From Selaginella moellendorffii (taxonomy: Eukaryota > Plantae > Lycopodiophyta), in contig NW_003314448.1 in assembly GCF_000143415.4 (NCBI RefSeq), positions 1 to 64,000 on the forward strand: a stretch of 64,000 nt of DNA. The letters run 5' to 3'. Position 1 is the stretch's first letter. Each line of letters starts with the position of its first letter. Under the pieces are notes generated by a model. The model made no database searches and had not been told where the DNA came from. It was given only the letters and a program-made list of their open reading frames with translations. Made by a program: the position numbers and the translations under genes. Shown here piece by piece: positions 9,075 through 21,478 of the stretch.

Positions 9075-10767
9075 GGATTGCCCTAAGTTGTTTGAGGAGA
9101 GAGCTCGAAGGCGCTAGAGAGAGAGTGTGAGAAAGAGGGAGGGAGCGAGCGTCCAGGGCGGCACAAGCATCGCAGACCGCGGCAGCAACACACGGAGCTC
9201 GTCTCCCTCCTCTTTCTCCTCTTTTCTCTCGCTCTCTGTCGTTTTTATCGATATCTCCCAAACGGCTGGGAGAAACCTCGATTCCTTCGACGGGGGGCTT
9301 CTAGGAGTGTAGATTCTCATCCTCCTAGAAGGCCGCGGCGAGATCTGCCACGGATCTGGAGATCTCGCTGGCCCTAGGTCGCTGCTGTTTCTAGGGTTCT
9401 TCGGCGGCGGCTAGGGTTTTTCGGGGCTTAGAGATTTGGAGGAGTGGAGAGGGCAGCTAGGAACACCACGGCTGCAGCAGCTGGACGCTCTCCTCTCCTC
9501 CTCTTCTTTTTTCGCTTCTCATGGTTTCAAGTTTTTTGGGAGCTCATAACTCCTAAACGGCTTGGAATGTTTCCACAAAAATTCACAGGGGGATAGCTGG
9601 GAGGGAGCCTCACACCCTCCCAGAAGCGCAGGCAAAAATTCTTCACGGTCTCAGAGTTCTCACCTGCCCTAATTCGTGGCTAGGGTTAGGGTTCTTGGCT
9701 AGCTTTTGCCCTAACTGCGGTTAGGGCAGGACTTAGGGTGGCGGCGGGATCTTCGATCCGGCCACTCTAAGTGTCAGGGATCTTCGTTGCATGTGGTTGG
9801 CACGGCAGCAACATGGTGGAAACGCGACGGTTGCTGGTCTCGCAGCTTCGAGCGGGATTTCTCGCCTTAGGTCGGGCCATGCAAGGTGGTGACTAAGGTA
9901 CGGAGAGCGTGAAGCTGCATGTGTCGGAGGTTCTTGGCGACTTGAGTCGTGGAAACACGACCAAGTCATGGGAATTTTGTTGACTGGTGGAGGACAGTTT
10001 GGGACGACATCCCGACATAGCGAAGTGTCCGCAGTGGATGGACGTGGAGGACACTATGGGCGCATTTTTGGATCTAGTGACAGGGGAGTGCTGTCACAAA
10101 GGGGGCCAGTGGCAGATGGCCGAGTTGGTTTGCTCGCGGAGGGGATCCCACATGGTTCTTGCTTCAGGGCTAGTCCTTTGAGGAGGTTCGCGGAGGCTTG
10201 CAAGTCTTGTGATTGTCGCGATGCCGGCAACGGGGGCTCGTATATCATTGAAGGGGGCCAGCGCACTTGTCTAGTGTGGGAGGCAAGGTAGCACGCTCTA
10301 GTCTAGAGCTCGAGGAGGCTCACACCTCGCTTGTTCTACGCCTTGGAGTTTGTTCGCAATGGGCACCGACTTAGTGCTGGAAGTACACTGGGGAGGTAGG
10401 CGCTCCAAGACACAGCATCACGTCTTGGGGCGTAACAGGTGGCTTCAGCTTGTGCAGTGGAGTCACCTTGGAGGCGAGTGACCCATGAGCGACGCCGGGT
10501 CATCGTGCTCGAGTTGGACCGCTTGGCTGCGACGACGTCGAGCTAGATCGACATGGTGTTCGTCTGGCCTGACATCATTGTGACCGAGTGGAGGAGTGGC
10601 AAGGCGAAGCAGGTGGCTTCAAGCTCCGCGGTGGAGTCACCTGGGAGGCGGACGGCCCAAGAGCAGCGCCGGGCGTTCGTGCTCATAGTTTCACTAGTTT
10701 CTTCGAGAGTGCGCTCTCAATGTTGTTTTGATCCCTTTGGGATTGGGGTAATGTACATATATGTTTA
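9075..10767 (+). mobile_element. 1.7-kb non-coding insert in the PLE terminal hairpin, copy 1
   Basis: Flanked by GCGATCTCGCCGGATTGCAA at 9055-9074 and 10768-10787. Its last ~45 nt resemble the LINE 3' UTR at ~551-596. Confidence 0.7.
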
Positions 10768-10806
10768 GCGATCTCGCCGGATTGCAACACCACGGGGTGT
10801 CTTTGA

Positions 10807-10902
10807 CCCTAAACGCCTAAACGCGCCTAAACCCTAAACCCTAAACCCTAAACGCCTAAACGCGCCTAAACCCTAAACCCTAAACCCTAAACCCTAAACC
10901 CT
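10807..10902. repeat. Interstitial telomeric tract with embedded CGCCTAAACGCGCCTAAA variants
   Basis: Read directly from the sequence. Confidence 0.95.
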
Positions 10903-12438
10903 GCCCAGTACCGCCTGGTACCGCCCAGTGCCGCCCAGCAGCTCCAGGCCGGGCATTTACGTTGGCCCCCCTGTGCTGCACCTCACCGCCAGGACGCCAC
11001 AGAAATCCCTGCCTGGAGCCACTAAGAGTCTCGAAGCTAGCTCTGCATCTCCACACAGCAGCTTTTCTGGCGTCTGGTGCGGCCCAGCTCCCCTGACTCA
11101 GGTCCGGCATAGCAAATGCCCCACAAAGGCTTTTTGGTCCCCCCTTGGCGGCTGCTTCGGCACCACCAAGGGATTTCCAAAAATGCTAGGGGGATTGCTC
11201 CCTGCTGTTGAGAGCGCCTGTGCCACCCAGACATCACCACAAAGCTGCTGTGATCTCTGGCATGATGCCCCTCACTCCCCTCGCACAGGTTTGGCACAGC
11301 ATGTCTCCAGGCCGGGCATTTGCACTGGCCTCTGCGCGCTGTGTTCCGCCGCCAGAGCGCCACAAATAATCCCCACCTGGAGCTGCTTACGGCCACTAAG
11401 AGTTTGGGAGCTAGCTTGATATCTCCACTCAGCAGTCTTTCCGACGTCTAGCGCAGCCCAGCCCCCCTGACTTGGGTCTGGTACAGCAAATCCCTCACAA
11501 CGGCTTTTTGTCCCCCTCTGGTATGTTGCCTTGGCACCACCAAAGGATCACCAAAGATGCCAATGGGAATGCTCCCTGCCACTCCGAGCACCCAAGCTGC
11601 CTAGACATCGCCACAACACTGCCAAAAATCGACCTAATCTGCCATGGAAGCACAAAACCAACTTTGCATGCCAGCACTGGCCCTGCTACTGCAGAGCCAG
11701 ACACTATGCCGATGGCACGGGCTCTCTCACCACCTCTGGTGCCAGATCCCTTGCAATCGCCACCCAGGCCAGCCCTTGCCACTGGAACAGAGCAGCGAGC
11801 CCTCTCGCCTTAATGCTCTCCAGGACCTGGCCCAGCGCAGCAGCCACTGTCACCTTTGCACTTGGCTCTGCTCTGCGTGTCCATGACACCACACTCAACA
11901 CTCTCGACGAGTGCCTCGACACAACCAACAAATTGCCCTTCTATCGACAGAGGTACACAGATGACGGAGGGACAGGTACACGAGCAGGCCTCGAACGATG
12001 GCTCCGAGGATATGGCACGCTACGTCCCTCGATCAAGATCACCTCGGTGATCTCGCTCGAGGAGTTGGATATCCTTGATATCCACTTCTTCAAAGGCCCT
12101 CGCTTTGAAGAGACACGCTGCCTCGACTCGTCCACGTTCCAGAAGCCGCTCAATGCCTACCAGTACCTCCCCTGGACGTCAGTTCACCCATGGCACCAGA
12201 AAGTGGCATTTATCCACAGCGAACTCCGGAGATACCTCCTCCGCGAGAGCACGGCCGATGGATTCCATGCCATGCGCATGCGGTTCTACCACCGCCTCTG
12301 TGCCCAGGGATACCTGATCTCCTTCCTCCAACACTGCCTCTCCAGCATCTCCTCTGACCAGTGACATCAAGCTCTCCTTGCACGCTTGCGCCGCTCTAGT
12401 GACGCTTGTCGACGGGCCCCCCTCGCCTTTAAGCTGCC

Positions 12439-13585
12439 TGTAAGCCACAATTTTTCCTTTCCAATTTGCCAGCTTACCTCGTCTATCCGTCCAACACTGC
12501 CTTGGCTTTTGCTAAGTTCCCTTGCCAAGGTTCTCGCCTATGGTACCAGCCCCTACTTGGTTTCAGCTACTCACTGCACGAGCAACGGAGTGTTAGCCAT
12601 CCTTCCACGGATTCCCAAATCACTCCCAATCCCCCTCCCCGGGTTAGACTGGACTTAAGGTTCGGCTACACTCCCCGCAAGCACAAGCAGCCAAGCACAC
12701 CAAGCTTCCAGGTTCCTAACATCCCTTGGTACCACAAGACTTGATCATGGGACCCTCTAAATCCCAAGTCTTGAGTGCAACACTTGCTTCGGGACGCCGG
12801 GGCGAAACACCGTGGCCTAACGGCCCGGTATGGGTACCTCTCGCTCCCCACTTCCATCCCGAAGGAAGGCCCAAGCCCCTTGGAAGGGCGAGGACCAATG
12901 AGCCGCATGGTACTCAAGTGGGGCACCACTCCACATGAGCCGGGAGCACCGCAATCGGTTTCCCTTTCGGGAGTGGGAGCTGCTCTTGAGCACTTCCTTG
13001 GATGGCCCCTCCGGCACCAGCCAAGTCCATGCTCACTCCCACCCAAGGCCCCTTAGTCCCAGTCCCAACCTCAAGTCGGTTTGGAAGCCCAACTGGAGAG
13101 TCCCTTCAAAACTGGTTCCTGGACCTCACTATCCCTACTATACTTTTGGAACCCCCTGCAGCCCCCCCCCCCTGGGGGACGCACGCTTTGGGCTTTCACC
13201 CCTTGACCCGTATTAGTATTTGGACTTAGTCTCTGGCTCGATCTCGGATCCGATTTCGGATCCGACTTCGGATTCGGTCTCGGACTCGATCGCGGACTCG
13301 ATCTCGGACCCGATCTCGGGCCCGACCTCGGACTCGACTTCGGACTCGGTCTCGGACCCGATTTCGGATCTCGGACTCCGTCTCGAACTCGGTCTCGAAC
13401 TCGGACTCGAACTCGGTCCCCGAGTCGGTCTCGGACTCGATTCCGGACTCGATCTCGAACTCGGTCCTAGAGTCGGTCTTGGACTCGATCTTTGACTTGG
13501 TCCCATCCGATGAACTCTTTGTCATTTTGGTCATGCTTTCGGGGTTCCCTTAGCCTACGACACCTCGGCGAGTTGGTTCCTTACA
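12439..13585 (-). repeat. 3' LTR of the Gypsy element, containing a TCTCGG/ACTCGG microsatellite-like block
   Basis: Copy of 18822-19968 at offset 6383. Confidence 0.95.
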
Positions 13586-13989
13586 ACTCCACCACCCATA
13601 GAAGAAGTTCGATGCCCACATCGAACGTCTCTTTTTTATCCTACGACTTGTTGACCATGTCTCCGGGGGCATCCCCCCACTTAGCGGTGTGCCTAAGTTA
13701 GCCTCCCCGGCCAAGAGCTCATGACAACGGAATATAGGTGTCCCTATACTCCACCCCTCACCACGCCCTAGTATGGGGTCGGGACTTGAACCCAGCCTTG
13801 CTTTACTAGGGGGTTGGGACTCGAACCCAACCTCCGTAGAATACGTCTACGGTTTCGACATCCCCGCAGGGAGTCGGGCGTAGCTCCCTACGCCTGGTCG
13901 ACCTAGCTAACCCATGCTAATTAGCTCACCTTTGGCGCGCCTTCGGGTCCCAACATATGCCACTTGCTCAACTTTGCAAATTGATATTT

Positions 13990-16900
13990 TTAATTGAACT
14001 TTGCATAAGTACATAGAGTTCTGCCTTGCAGAAATTCCTCCACTAGATCTCGCGCGTTCGCTAGGTTCTCCTCCGGTTCCCATGTTGCTTCGCAGTGTGG
14101 AAATCCTTTCCACTTCACATGGAACTCTCTCACCTCGCGTCCTTGTCGCTTGCTCTTGCGCGCATTGAGGATGGCCTCGACTTCGTATTCCTCTTCCCCT
14201 TGGATAACCTCAGGTAAAGGTCTTACTTGGTCTTTGCGAAGCGGATCCTCAAAGTACGGCTTGAGTAAGTTCACATGGAACACTGGGTGCATCTTCCCCA
14301 TCTCTCGAGGAAGTCGGAGTCGGTAAGCCACTTTACCGATTCGTGCCTCAATCTCGTAAGGCCCCGCGAACCTGCTCAAGGAACTCAAGATCAATTCATT
14401 TACAGGAATACATGCATTTTTACCTTTGGGTCAACTTTCGGCTGATCCCACTTGGTAGCCTAAGGTTCTTGGTGTTCAGCCACACCTTCTCCCCAGCTTG
14501 GAACTCTACGTCCCGGCGCTTTAGGTTCGCGTACTTGGTTTGCCTTTGTTGAGCCCGTTCCAAGGAATCCCTCACTAGATTCCAAATGTTGAGTCTTTCC
14601 GCCGTGAATGCCTCCACTGCGGGTAACTCTCCATGATACTCGGCCACGCCAAGTTCCACAGGACCTTCAATAGCTCGCCCATTGATGACTTCCCATGGAC
14701 TCACCCCGATACTCGAATGTGGTGAGTTGTTATAACACATTTCCGCAAGTCCCAAATGACTTACCCAATCGGTCTGGTCTCCCGAGACATAGCATCGCAA
14801 ATAATCCTCCAGCTGCCTATTCACCCTTTCCGTTTGTCCGTCTGTCAAGAAGTGTTAGGACCACCAAACTTGACTTAATACCCCATACCTGTCTGTGGGT
14901 GATAGGCTGTGCTGAATTTCAACTTGGTGCGATACTGTTCCAGGAGGGTCCTCCAGAACCTACTAGTGAAGATCTTATCTCGGTCTGAGATAATCTCCTC
15001 TGGCCTTCCCCGCACTCGAACCACTTGTTCGAAGAACAGTTTCGCCACACCTTCCGCATCCACCTCCGTTGTGGTGGGTATGAAATGTGCCATCTTCGAA
15101 AATCGGTCCACCACCACGAATATCGCATCGAACCCCTCGCTTGGGGGTAGTCCCGTGATGAAGTCCATCGTGAGACATTTCCACGGACGATCTGGAATGG
15201 GGATGCTTTGCAACAAGCCCCCACTAGCCTTAGTCACGGCTTTGACCTGCTGACATGTTGGACATGTCTTTACATAGTCTTGGACGTCCTTAGCCATATC
15301 TGGCCAATGGTACTTCCTCTTGAGTAAGCCCATCGTCTTGGGCACTCCGCCGTGTCCCGCAAGAGGTCCGTCATGACACTCTTCTAAGGCTACCTTCCTT
15401 AGTCCACCTTCTGGAACATACACCCTCGTTTGCTTGTAATAAATGAGTCCATTGCGTTCCGCATAGCCCGTTTTCTCTTCCGTTGGCGGCTCACCTCTCT
15501 GGTGAGCTTCCCGTGCCTCCAGATTCCTCAACAACACTTCTTGTGCTAGACCATCGTTCTCATATGCTGTCCGCACATCGTCCCAGAAGGTTGCTGTTGC
15601 GCTGGAGATCGCCAACCTCAAGCTCGCTTTTCGACTTAGCGCATCTGCCACGATGTTGCTCTTCCCAGGCTTGTACAGGATCTCGCAATCAAACTCGGCC
15701 AAGGCATTGGCCCACCGACCTTGTTTCCCTCTCAGGTCGGGTTGTGACAAGAAGTGTTTCGTTGCCACATTGTCCGTGTAAACCTTGAAGTGTCTCCCAA
15801 GGTAGTGTCGCCACTCCTTGAGCGCCTTGACCACCGCAAACAATTCCTTCTCGTGGGCAGGCCACTTCCGTTGAGCCTTGTCCAGCTTCTTCGAGAAGAA
15901 CGCTACTGGATGGTTGTCTTGCTTCAAAACTGCGCCTAACGCAAAGTCCGAAGCATCCGTGTCTACCTCAAAGTCCTTACCAAAGTCCGGTAATGCCAAC
16001 ACCGGAGCCTTCCTCAACTTCCCTTTGAGGTGGACGAATGCCGCCTCGCATTCCGCTGTCCATACCATCTTCCCTTTTCCCGTTTGATCCGTTAAGGGTA
16101 GGGCTACTCTCGAATAGTGTCTGATAAACTTTCGATAGTAGTTGCATAGCCCCAAGAACGCCCTCAACTCATGTACATTCGATGGTCGCTCCCATTCCTG
16201 GATCGCTTGGACCTTCTCCGGGTCCACCTTGAGCCCATCCTGGCCCACCACATGCCCGAGAAACTTTACCTCTTGCTGAGCAAAGTCACATTTGCTCTCT
16301 TTAGCATACAGTTTATGTTCCCTTAGTTTCTCAAACACCTTCGCCAAGTGTTCGGCATGCTCCTCTAGCGTCTCGCTATAGATCAGGATGTCGTCAATAT
16401 AGACGACCACAAAGTGATCCAGATAGGGTACAAAGACGTGGTTCATCAACGCCGAAAACGTTGCCGGCGCATTGCACAGCCCAAAGGGCATCACCAAAAA
16501 CTCAAAGCTCCCATACCTCGTTCGACAGGTTGTCTTCTCGACATCTTCCTCGGCTACCCTGATCTGGTAGTATCCTGACCTTAGGTCAATCCTCGAGAAG
16601 TATTTTGCCTTTCCCAACCTATCGAACAGGTCCTCAATCCTTGGCAACGGGTACTTGTTCTTCTTGGTATACTTGTTGAGCAACCGGTAATCTATGCACA
16701 TGCGCATAGATCCATCTTTCTTTTTCACAAATAATACCGGCGCCCCATACGGCGACTTGCTCAACCTAACATACCCTTTGCCCACCAACTCCTCTAGTTG
16801 GCACTTGAGCTCCTTGAGTTCTTTTTCGTTCAAACGATAGGGGGGACGAACCACCGCCTCAGCGCCCTCGACAAGCTCAATCTTATGTTCTATCGGTCGT

Positions 16901-18762
16901 GCGGGGGGCAACCCCGCCGGTAGCTCCTCCGGCATGGTATCCTGGAATTGGTCCAACACTCGCTGGATCACTAAAGGCACTTCTTCCGTTCTTGTCTTTT
17001 TGTCACTCTTCACCGAGAGTAAGCACAAAAAGGCTGCCTTAGTTCCTTTAGTGAGTTGTCCTCTCGTGGACACCAGGTTCAAGCATGACTCTTTGGCCTT
17101 GCTTTGCCCTACCTTTAGATCCTGGGCCTCCACCCTAGATCTTCTTCCTTGGGCATTCGCCAATACCACAAGGTTCCTACCTTGTCCATGCAGGGCTACC
17201 ACGAACCGATTAAACCAATCCATTCCGAAGATCACGTCAAATCCCGCCATATCCAAGACGGTGAAATCCATGTCCACTTTCCATGTCCCCACTTCGACTC
17301 TCGCTTGTCGAAGTACCTCATCGGTGCTTTGGCTACCCTGAACAAACTCTATAGTCCTTGGTTCGCCTAGCCGCTGCACCGTTAGTCCGGCTTGCCGGAC
17401 TATGTCTGCAGCCACAAAATTATCCGAAGCACCCGTGTCAATAAGGATCTTAACAAAGCTACCTCCGAGCTTCCCTCGGAGGGCTAGTAGATGTCGCGAA
17501 CGACTCTCTACCAAAGTTGCTCGTGTAATGAGTAACTTTGAGTTAGGGACTGGATCACATACCTCAGTTTGGACTTCACCCGACTTGATGGCCATATTGG
17601 CTCTGGCCTTCTTCGGGTAGGGACATTCCCTCGAGAAGTGTCCCGCTTCGCCGCAGTTGTAGCATACGTTGTTTCCCACGCTGCTATACGACTTGACCTT
17701 CTTATCCGTGGGTTTGTCCTTTTTCGCTTGACTCCCCCACGTACTCGCTCGCTGGCCACCGGATTTGCCTTTCCGGAACCCCGAGGACTCATTCTTAGAG
17801 AAACTCCTTTTGAATTTCCCCTTGCTATACGTTCCCCTTGGTTTGGCCCCTTTGCTAAATGTGGATCCCGACCCCGTCGTGTTCCCCTTTCGCAGGTTAT
17901 CGTTGAAATGCACCTTGATGGCCGCATCCAACGCTTCCTTGTAGTTGGTCGGGTTCCACCTCATCACCTCGCCGCGAGCCCAGGTTTGCAAACCTGATAT
18001 GAAGGCATGGAACGCATCCATATCCCCCATGTCCGTGACAAGTATCCTCTTTGCCATGAACCCATTCACATATTCCTGGATGGTTCCTGTCTGTTTCAGC
18101 CTACTCAGTTCATCCCTCAGATGCAGAGTGGCATTCGGAGGGACATATGTTGCGCGGATCCTCGCCTTCATCATGTCCCAAGTGACCACCGGTCCTTCGT
18201 TGGCCTCCGTTGTTCTCCACCAAGACTTGGCATTATCTGCCAAGTATGGTTTTGCACATGGGACCTTCTCCGAGCTTGGTAACCGCAACGCTCGGAAGTA
18301 GTCCTCCATATCGTAAAACCAATCCTCCACCACCTTATAGTCATTCACTCCCTTGAAGACCGGTGGGGGCTTTGGTTTGTACTTGGGAACTGCCTGAGGG
18401 ACTGATTCCACTTCGGTCTGTTCGACCTTGTCTGGTTTTGCCTCAGTCCCGGCCGAAAGATCCGCACCTTCTGCGCTGCCAGCATCCGCAGTCTTTTTCT
18501 TTTTCTTCCGCCTCTCGTCACGCTTTAGCTTGCGTACGAGAGTTTCCAGCAGGGCATTGGTCTGTGCCAACTGTCCTTCTAGCACGTCCAATCGAGCCTT
18601 GGACGACCGAACCTCGCCACCGGACTCCTGTTTGGAGGTTTCCTCACTGGAGTCCTCCTCATGCAAGGATTCCTCATCCATAGCCTCTTGTTCGACCGGA
18701 GGCTCCAGCTCTGGCGGAGGTTCCGTCTCCGCTTGGGTTTGCTTACGCCCTGCCCTTGCCAT
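13990..18762 (-). CDS. Gag-Pol (Gag, CCHC, protease, RT, RNase H, integrase, chromodomain); join(18762-14889,14841-14424,14371-13990), 1557 aa
   Basis: [33 protein letters not shown] and SDRD motifs. Splicing restores HPQTDGQTER and QRFAGPY. Chromodomain EYEVEAIL...VKWKG...TWEP. Confidence 0.9.
14372..14423 (-). other. 52-nt GT-AG intron in the integrase C-terminal region
   Basis: AG|GTAAAA...TTGAGCAG|G. Removal joins KLTQR to FAGPY in frame. Confidence 0.85.
14842..14888 (-). other. 47-nt GT-AG intron in the integrase catalytic core
   Basis: AG|GTATGG...CTAAC...TGACAG|AC. Removal restores HPQT-D-GQTER. Confidence 0.9.
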
Positions 18763-18821
18763 CTCCCAGCAATCCGCCTCTATCCTTCGCTAGAACTGAG
18801 GAAAAGGCTCCGATACCAAAT

Positions 18822-19968
18822 TGTAAGCCACAATTTTTCCTTTCCAATTTGCCAGCTTACCTCGTCTATCCGTCCAACACTGCCTTGGCTTTTGCTAAGT
18901 TCCCTTGCCAAGGTTCTCGCCTATGGTACCAGCCCCTACTTGGTTTCAGCTACTCACTGCACGAGCAACGGAGTGTTAGCCATCCTTCCACGGATTCCCA
19001 AATCACTCCCAATCCCCCTCCCCGGGTTAGACTGGACTTAAGGTTCGGCTACACTCCCCGCAAGCACAAGCAGCCAAGCACACCAAGCTTCCAGGTTCCT
19101 AACATCCCTTGGTACCACAAGACTTGATCATGGGACCCTCTAAATCCCAAGTCTTGAGTGCAACACTTGCTTCGGGACGCCGGGGCGAAACACCGTGGCC
19201 TAACGGCCCGGTATGGGTACCTCTCGCTCCCCACTTCCATCCCGAAGGAAGGCCCAAGCCCCTTGGAAGGGCGAGGACCAATGAGCCGCATGGTACTCAA
19301 GTGGGGCACCACTCCACATGAGCCGGGAGCACCGCAATCGGTTTCCCTTTCGGGAGTGGGAGCTGCTCTTGAGCACTTCCTTGGATGGCCCCTCCGGCAC
19401 CAGCCAAGTCCATGCTCACTCCCACCCAAGGCCCCTTAGTCCCAGTCCCAACCTCAAGTCGGTTTGGAAGCCCAACTGGAGAGTCCCTTCAAAACTGGTT
19501 CCTGGACCTCACTATCCCTACTATACTTTTGGAACCCCCTGCAGCCCCCCCCCCCTGGGGGACGCACGCTTTGGGCTTTCACCCCTTGACCCGTATTAGT
19601 ATTTGGACTTAGTCTCTGGCTCGATCTCGGATCCGATTTCGGATCCGACTTCGGATTCGGTCTCGGACTCGATCGCGGACTCGATCTCGGACCCGATCTC
19701 GGGCCCGACCTCGGACTCGACTTCGGACTCGGTCTCGGACCCGATTTCGGATCTCGGACTCCGTCTCGAACTCGGTCTCGAACTCGGACTCGAACTCGGT
19801 CCCCGAGTCGGTCTCGGACTCGATTCCGGACTCGATCTCGAACTCGGTCCTAGAGTCGGTCTTGGACTCGATCTTTGACTTGGTCCCATCCGATGAACTC
19901 TTTGTCATTTTGGTCATGCTTTCGGGGTTCCCTTAGCCTACGACACCTCGGCGAGTTGGTTCCTTACA
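18822..19968 (-). repeat. 5' LTR of the Gypsy element
   Basis: Adjacent to the PBS TGGTATCGGAGCC on the minus strand. Confidence 0.95.
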
Positions 19969-21291
19969 CTGCCCTACACGCTTCACAGCATGCAGCTAGG
20001 CTTGGGGGACATCCTAAACCCTAAACAGGTGATGGATGAAGCTCCCGCAGACGCACTCCCCTGAGTGATCACGTGCTGGAGATGCCTCCCGAACCCCAGT
20101 TCGTTCCTGGTCAGGGCTAAACTCGCGTTGCGAGCTCAGCCACATCTTCTACCGCACTTTGCAAGAGACGGAAGCATATGATTGCATCCTTCTCCGCATG
20201 ACCGATGACCTTCAGGGTCTGGCCAATGGACTCTAGGTATGTCCCAGTCACCCCAGGTCGTCCCCCACCGGTCAACGCCCGGTCAACGCCCAGTCTACTG
20301 TCCAAACAGGAGTATTCCCGAATATTCCCTGACAGTCAGATTGTTGACCGAGTCAACGAGGCCTACACCATTCGATTCTGCACCCCTTTCCAAGTGTGAC
20401 TACGTTGGTCTCATCTCCTTACGATGGACACCACACCTTGGAAAGCTTGCGAATCTCATAATGGTGCCATGCGACGACGTCGACGCCACACGTGCCGACA
20501 CCGCATACCCTATGACTCCCAGGGTCTGGCTGATGGACTTCAGGTATGTCCCAAGTCACTCCAGGCCACCCCCCTTTCGAGTCAACGCCAGGTCAACGCG
20601 GAGTCAACGGTCAGAACAAAATATTCCCCAATATTCCGACTGTATCCCTGTTGACCGAGTCAAAACGGCATATACCGTTGGATTCCGCTCTTCCTTCCGA
20701 TCGTGAATATGTGAGTTTCAACTCTGAACTCCACACACGACTCATGGAAAAGCGTGTATTCCGTTAAAACGGTGCCGCTCCCTCGACATCGGCGACACAC
20801 GCCGACAGCTCGTGGGATGGCTCTCCCCGACGCAACCGCTGGACTCCGGGTATGTATGAGTGAGCTCAGGCCCTCCACCACCACAGTCCACACACGGTCA
20901 ACGCGGGGCCAACGGTCAACGACGGAATATTCCGAGAATATTCCATGCAAAGTGAACCACGTTTTTCGTTGCCAGGTACGTACAAGAGACACAAGCATTG
21001 TGGACGTAATGCATGCATCATATCATGCCGCGTTCACAAGTTACCTCGCGCCAAAGGTACGTCACCCGCCGGACGAACGCTTACTGTCTTCGGCAATCCG
21101 CCGAAGTCATTCTCCACGACTACCACTGCTGTGGAGTAACCAACACCAGCTGTGCTACGTTCGCACCCTCGCGAGCCAACGCTGCCACGCCACTTCGCAT
21201 GGCCGCCACACGGACTCGCGCCACGTGACAGAGCCAAAATATAAGTAGAGCTGGCGCCGAGCTAGGGTTAGGGTAGACACTAGACGACTAC

Positions 21292-21334
21292 ACCCGGCTG
21301 ATGAGTCCCAAAAAGGACGAAACCGGTCTCGGGT
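21292..21334 (+). ncRNA. Minimal type I hammerhead ribozyme, second copy
   Basis: Identical to 8887-8929. CTGATGA at 21298-21304, predicted cleavage after C21328. Confidence 0.92.
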
Positions 21335-21478
21335 TGTCTTTTGTCCTCTCCCTCGCTCACGAATGAATGAAAATTCATTCCCTTGCCTCCTCTACTTGCT
21401 CTCGATCATGCCGTCTCGACAACGGCACACGGAGAATGTGGATTGCACAAAGTGGTGCCGCAATCTCGCCGGATTGCA

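Larger units (their letters stand above)
669..10831 (+). mobile_element. Telomere-associated, endonuclease-deficient Penelope-like retroelement, family 1, intact copy with pseudo-LTR
   Basis: ORF1, a PLE-type RT without GIY-YIG, a 3' partial tandem duplication, a hammerhead and a 3' telomeric tail. The 5' end faces the telomere. Confidence 0.9.
12439..19968 (-). mobile_element. Complete Ty3/Gypsy chromovirus LTR retrotransposon, recent insertion
   Basis: 1147-bp TG..CA LTRs at 12439-13585 and 18822-19968 with no differences noticed. TSD CTGCC at 12434-12438 and 19969-19973. PBS 18806-18818, PPT ~13586-13598. Confidence 0.97.

Noticed and set aside
9968-10768. Short ORFs in the 1.7-kb insert as proteins
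   Set aside because: No motifs. Their recurrence reflects recent DNA identity between copies.
13900-14030. Third intron or 3' UTR intron in the Gypsy element
   Set aside because: AT-rich with possible splice sites, but no conserved motif is restored, so it cannot be supported.
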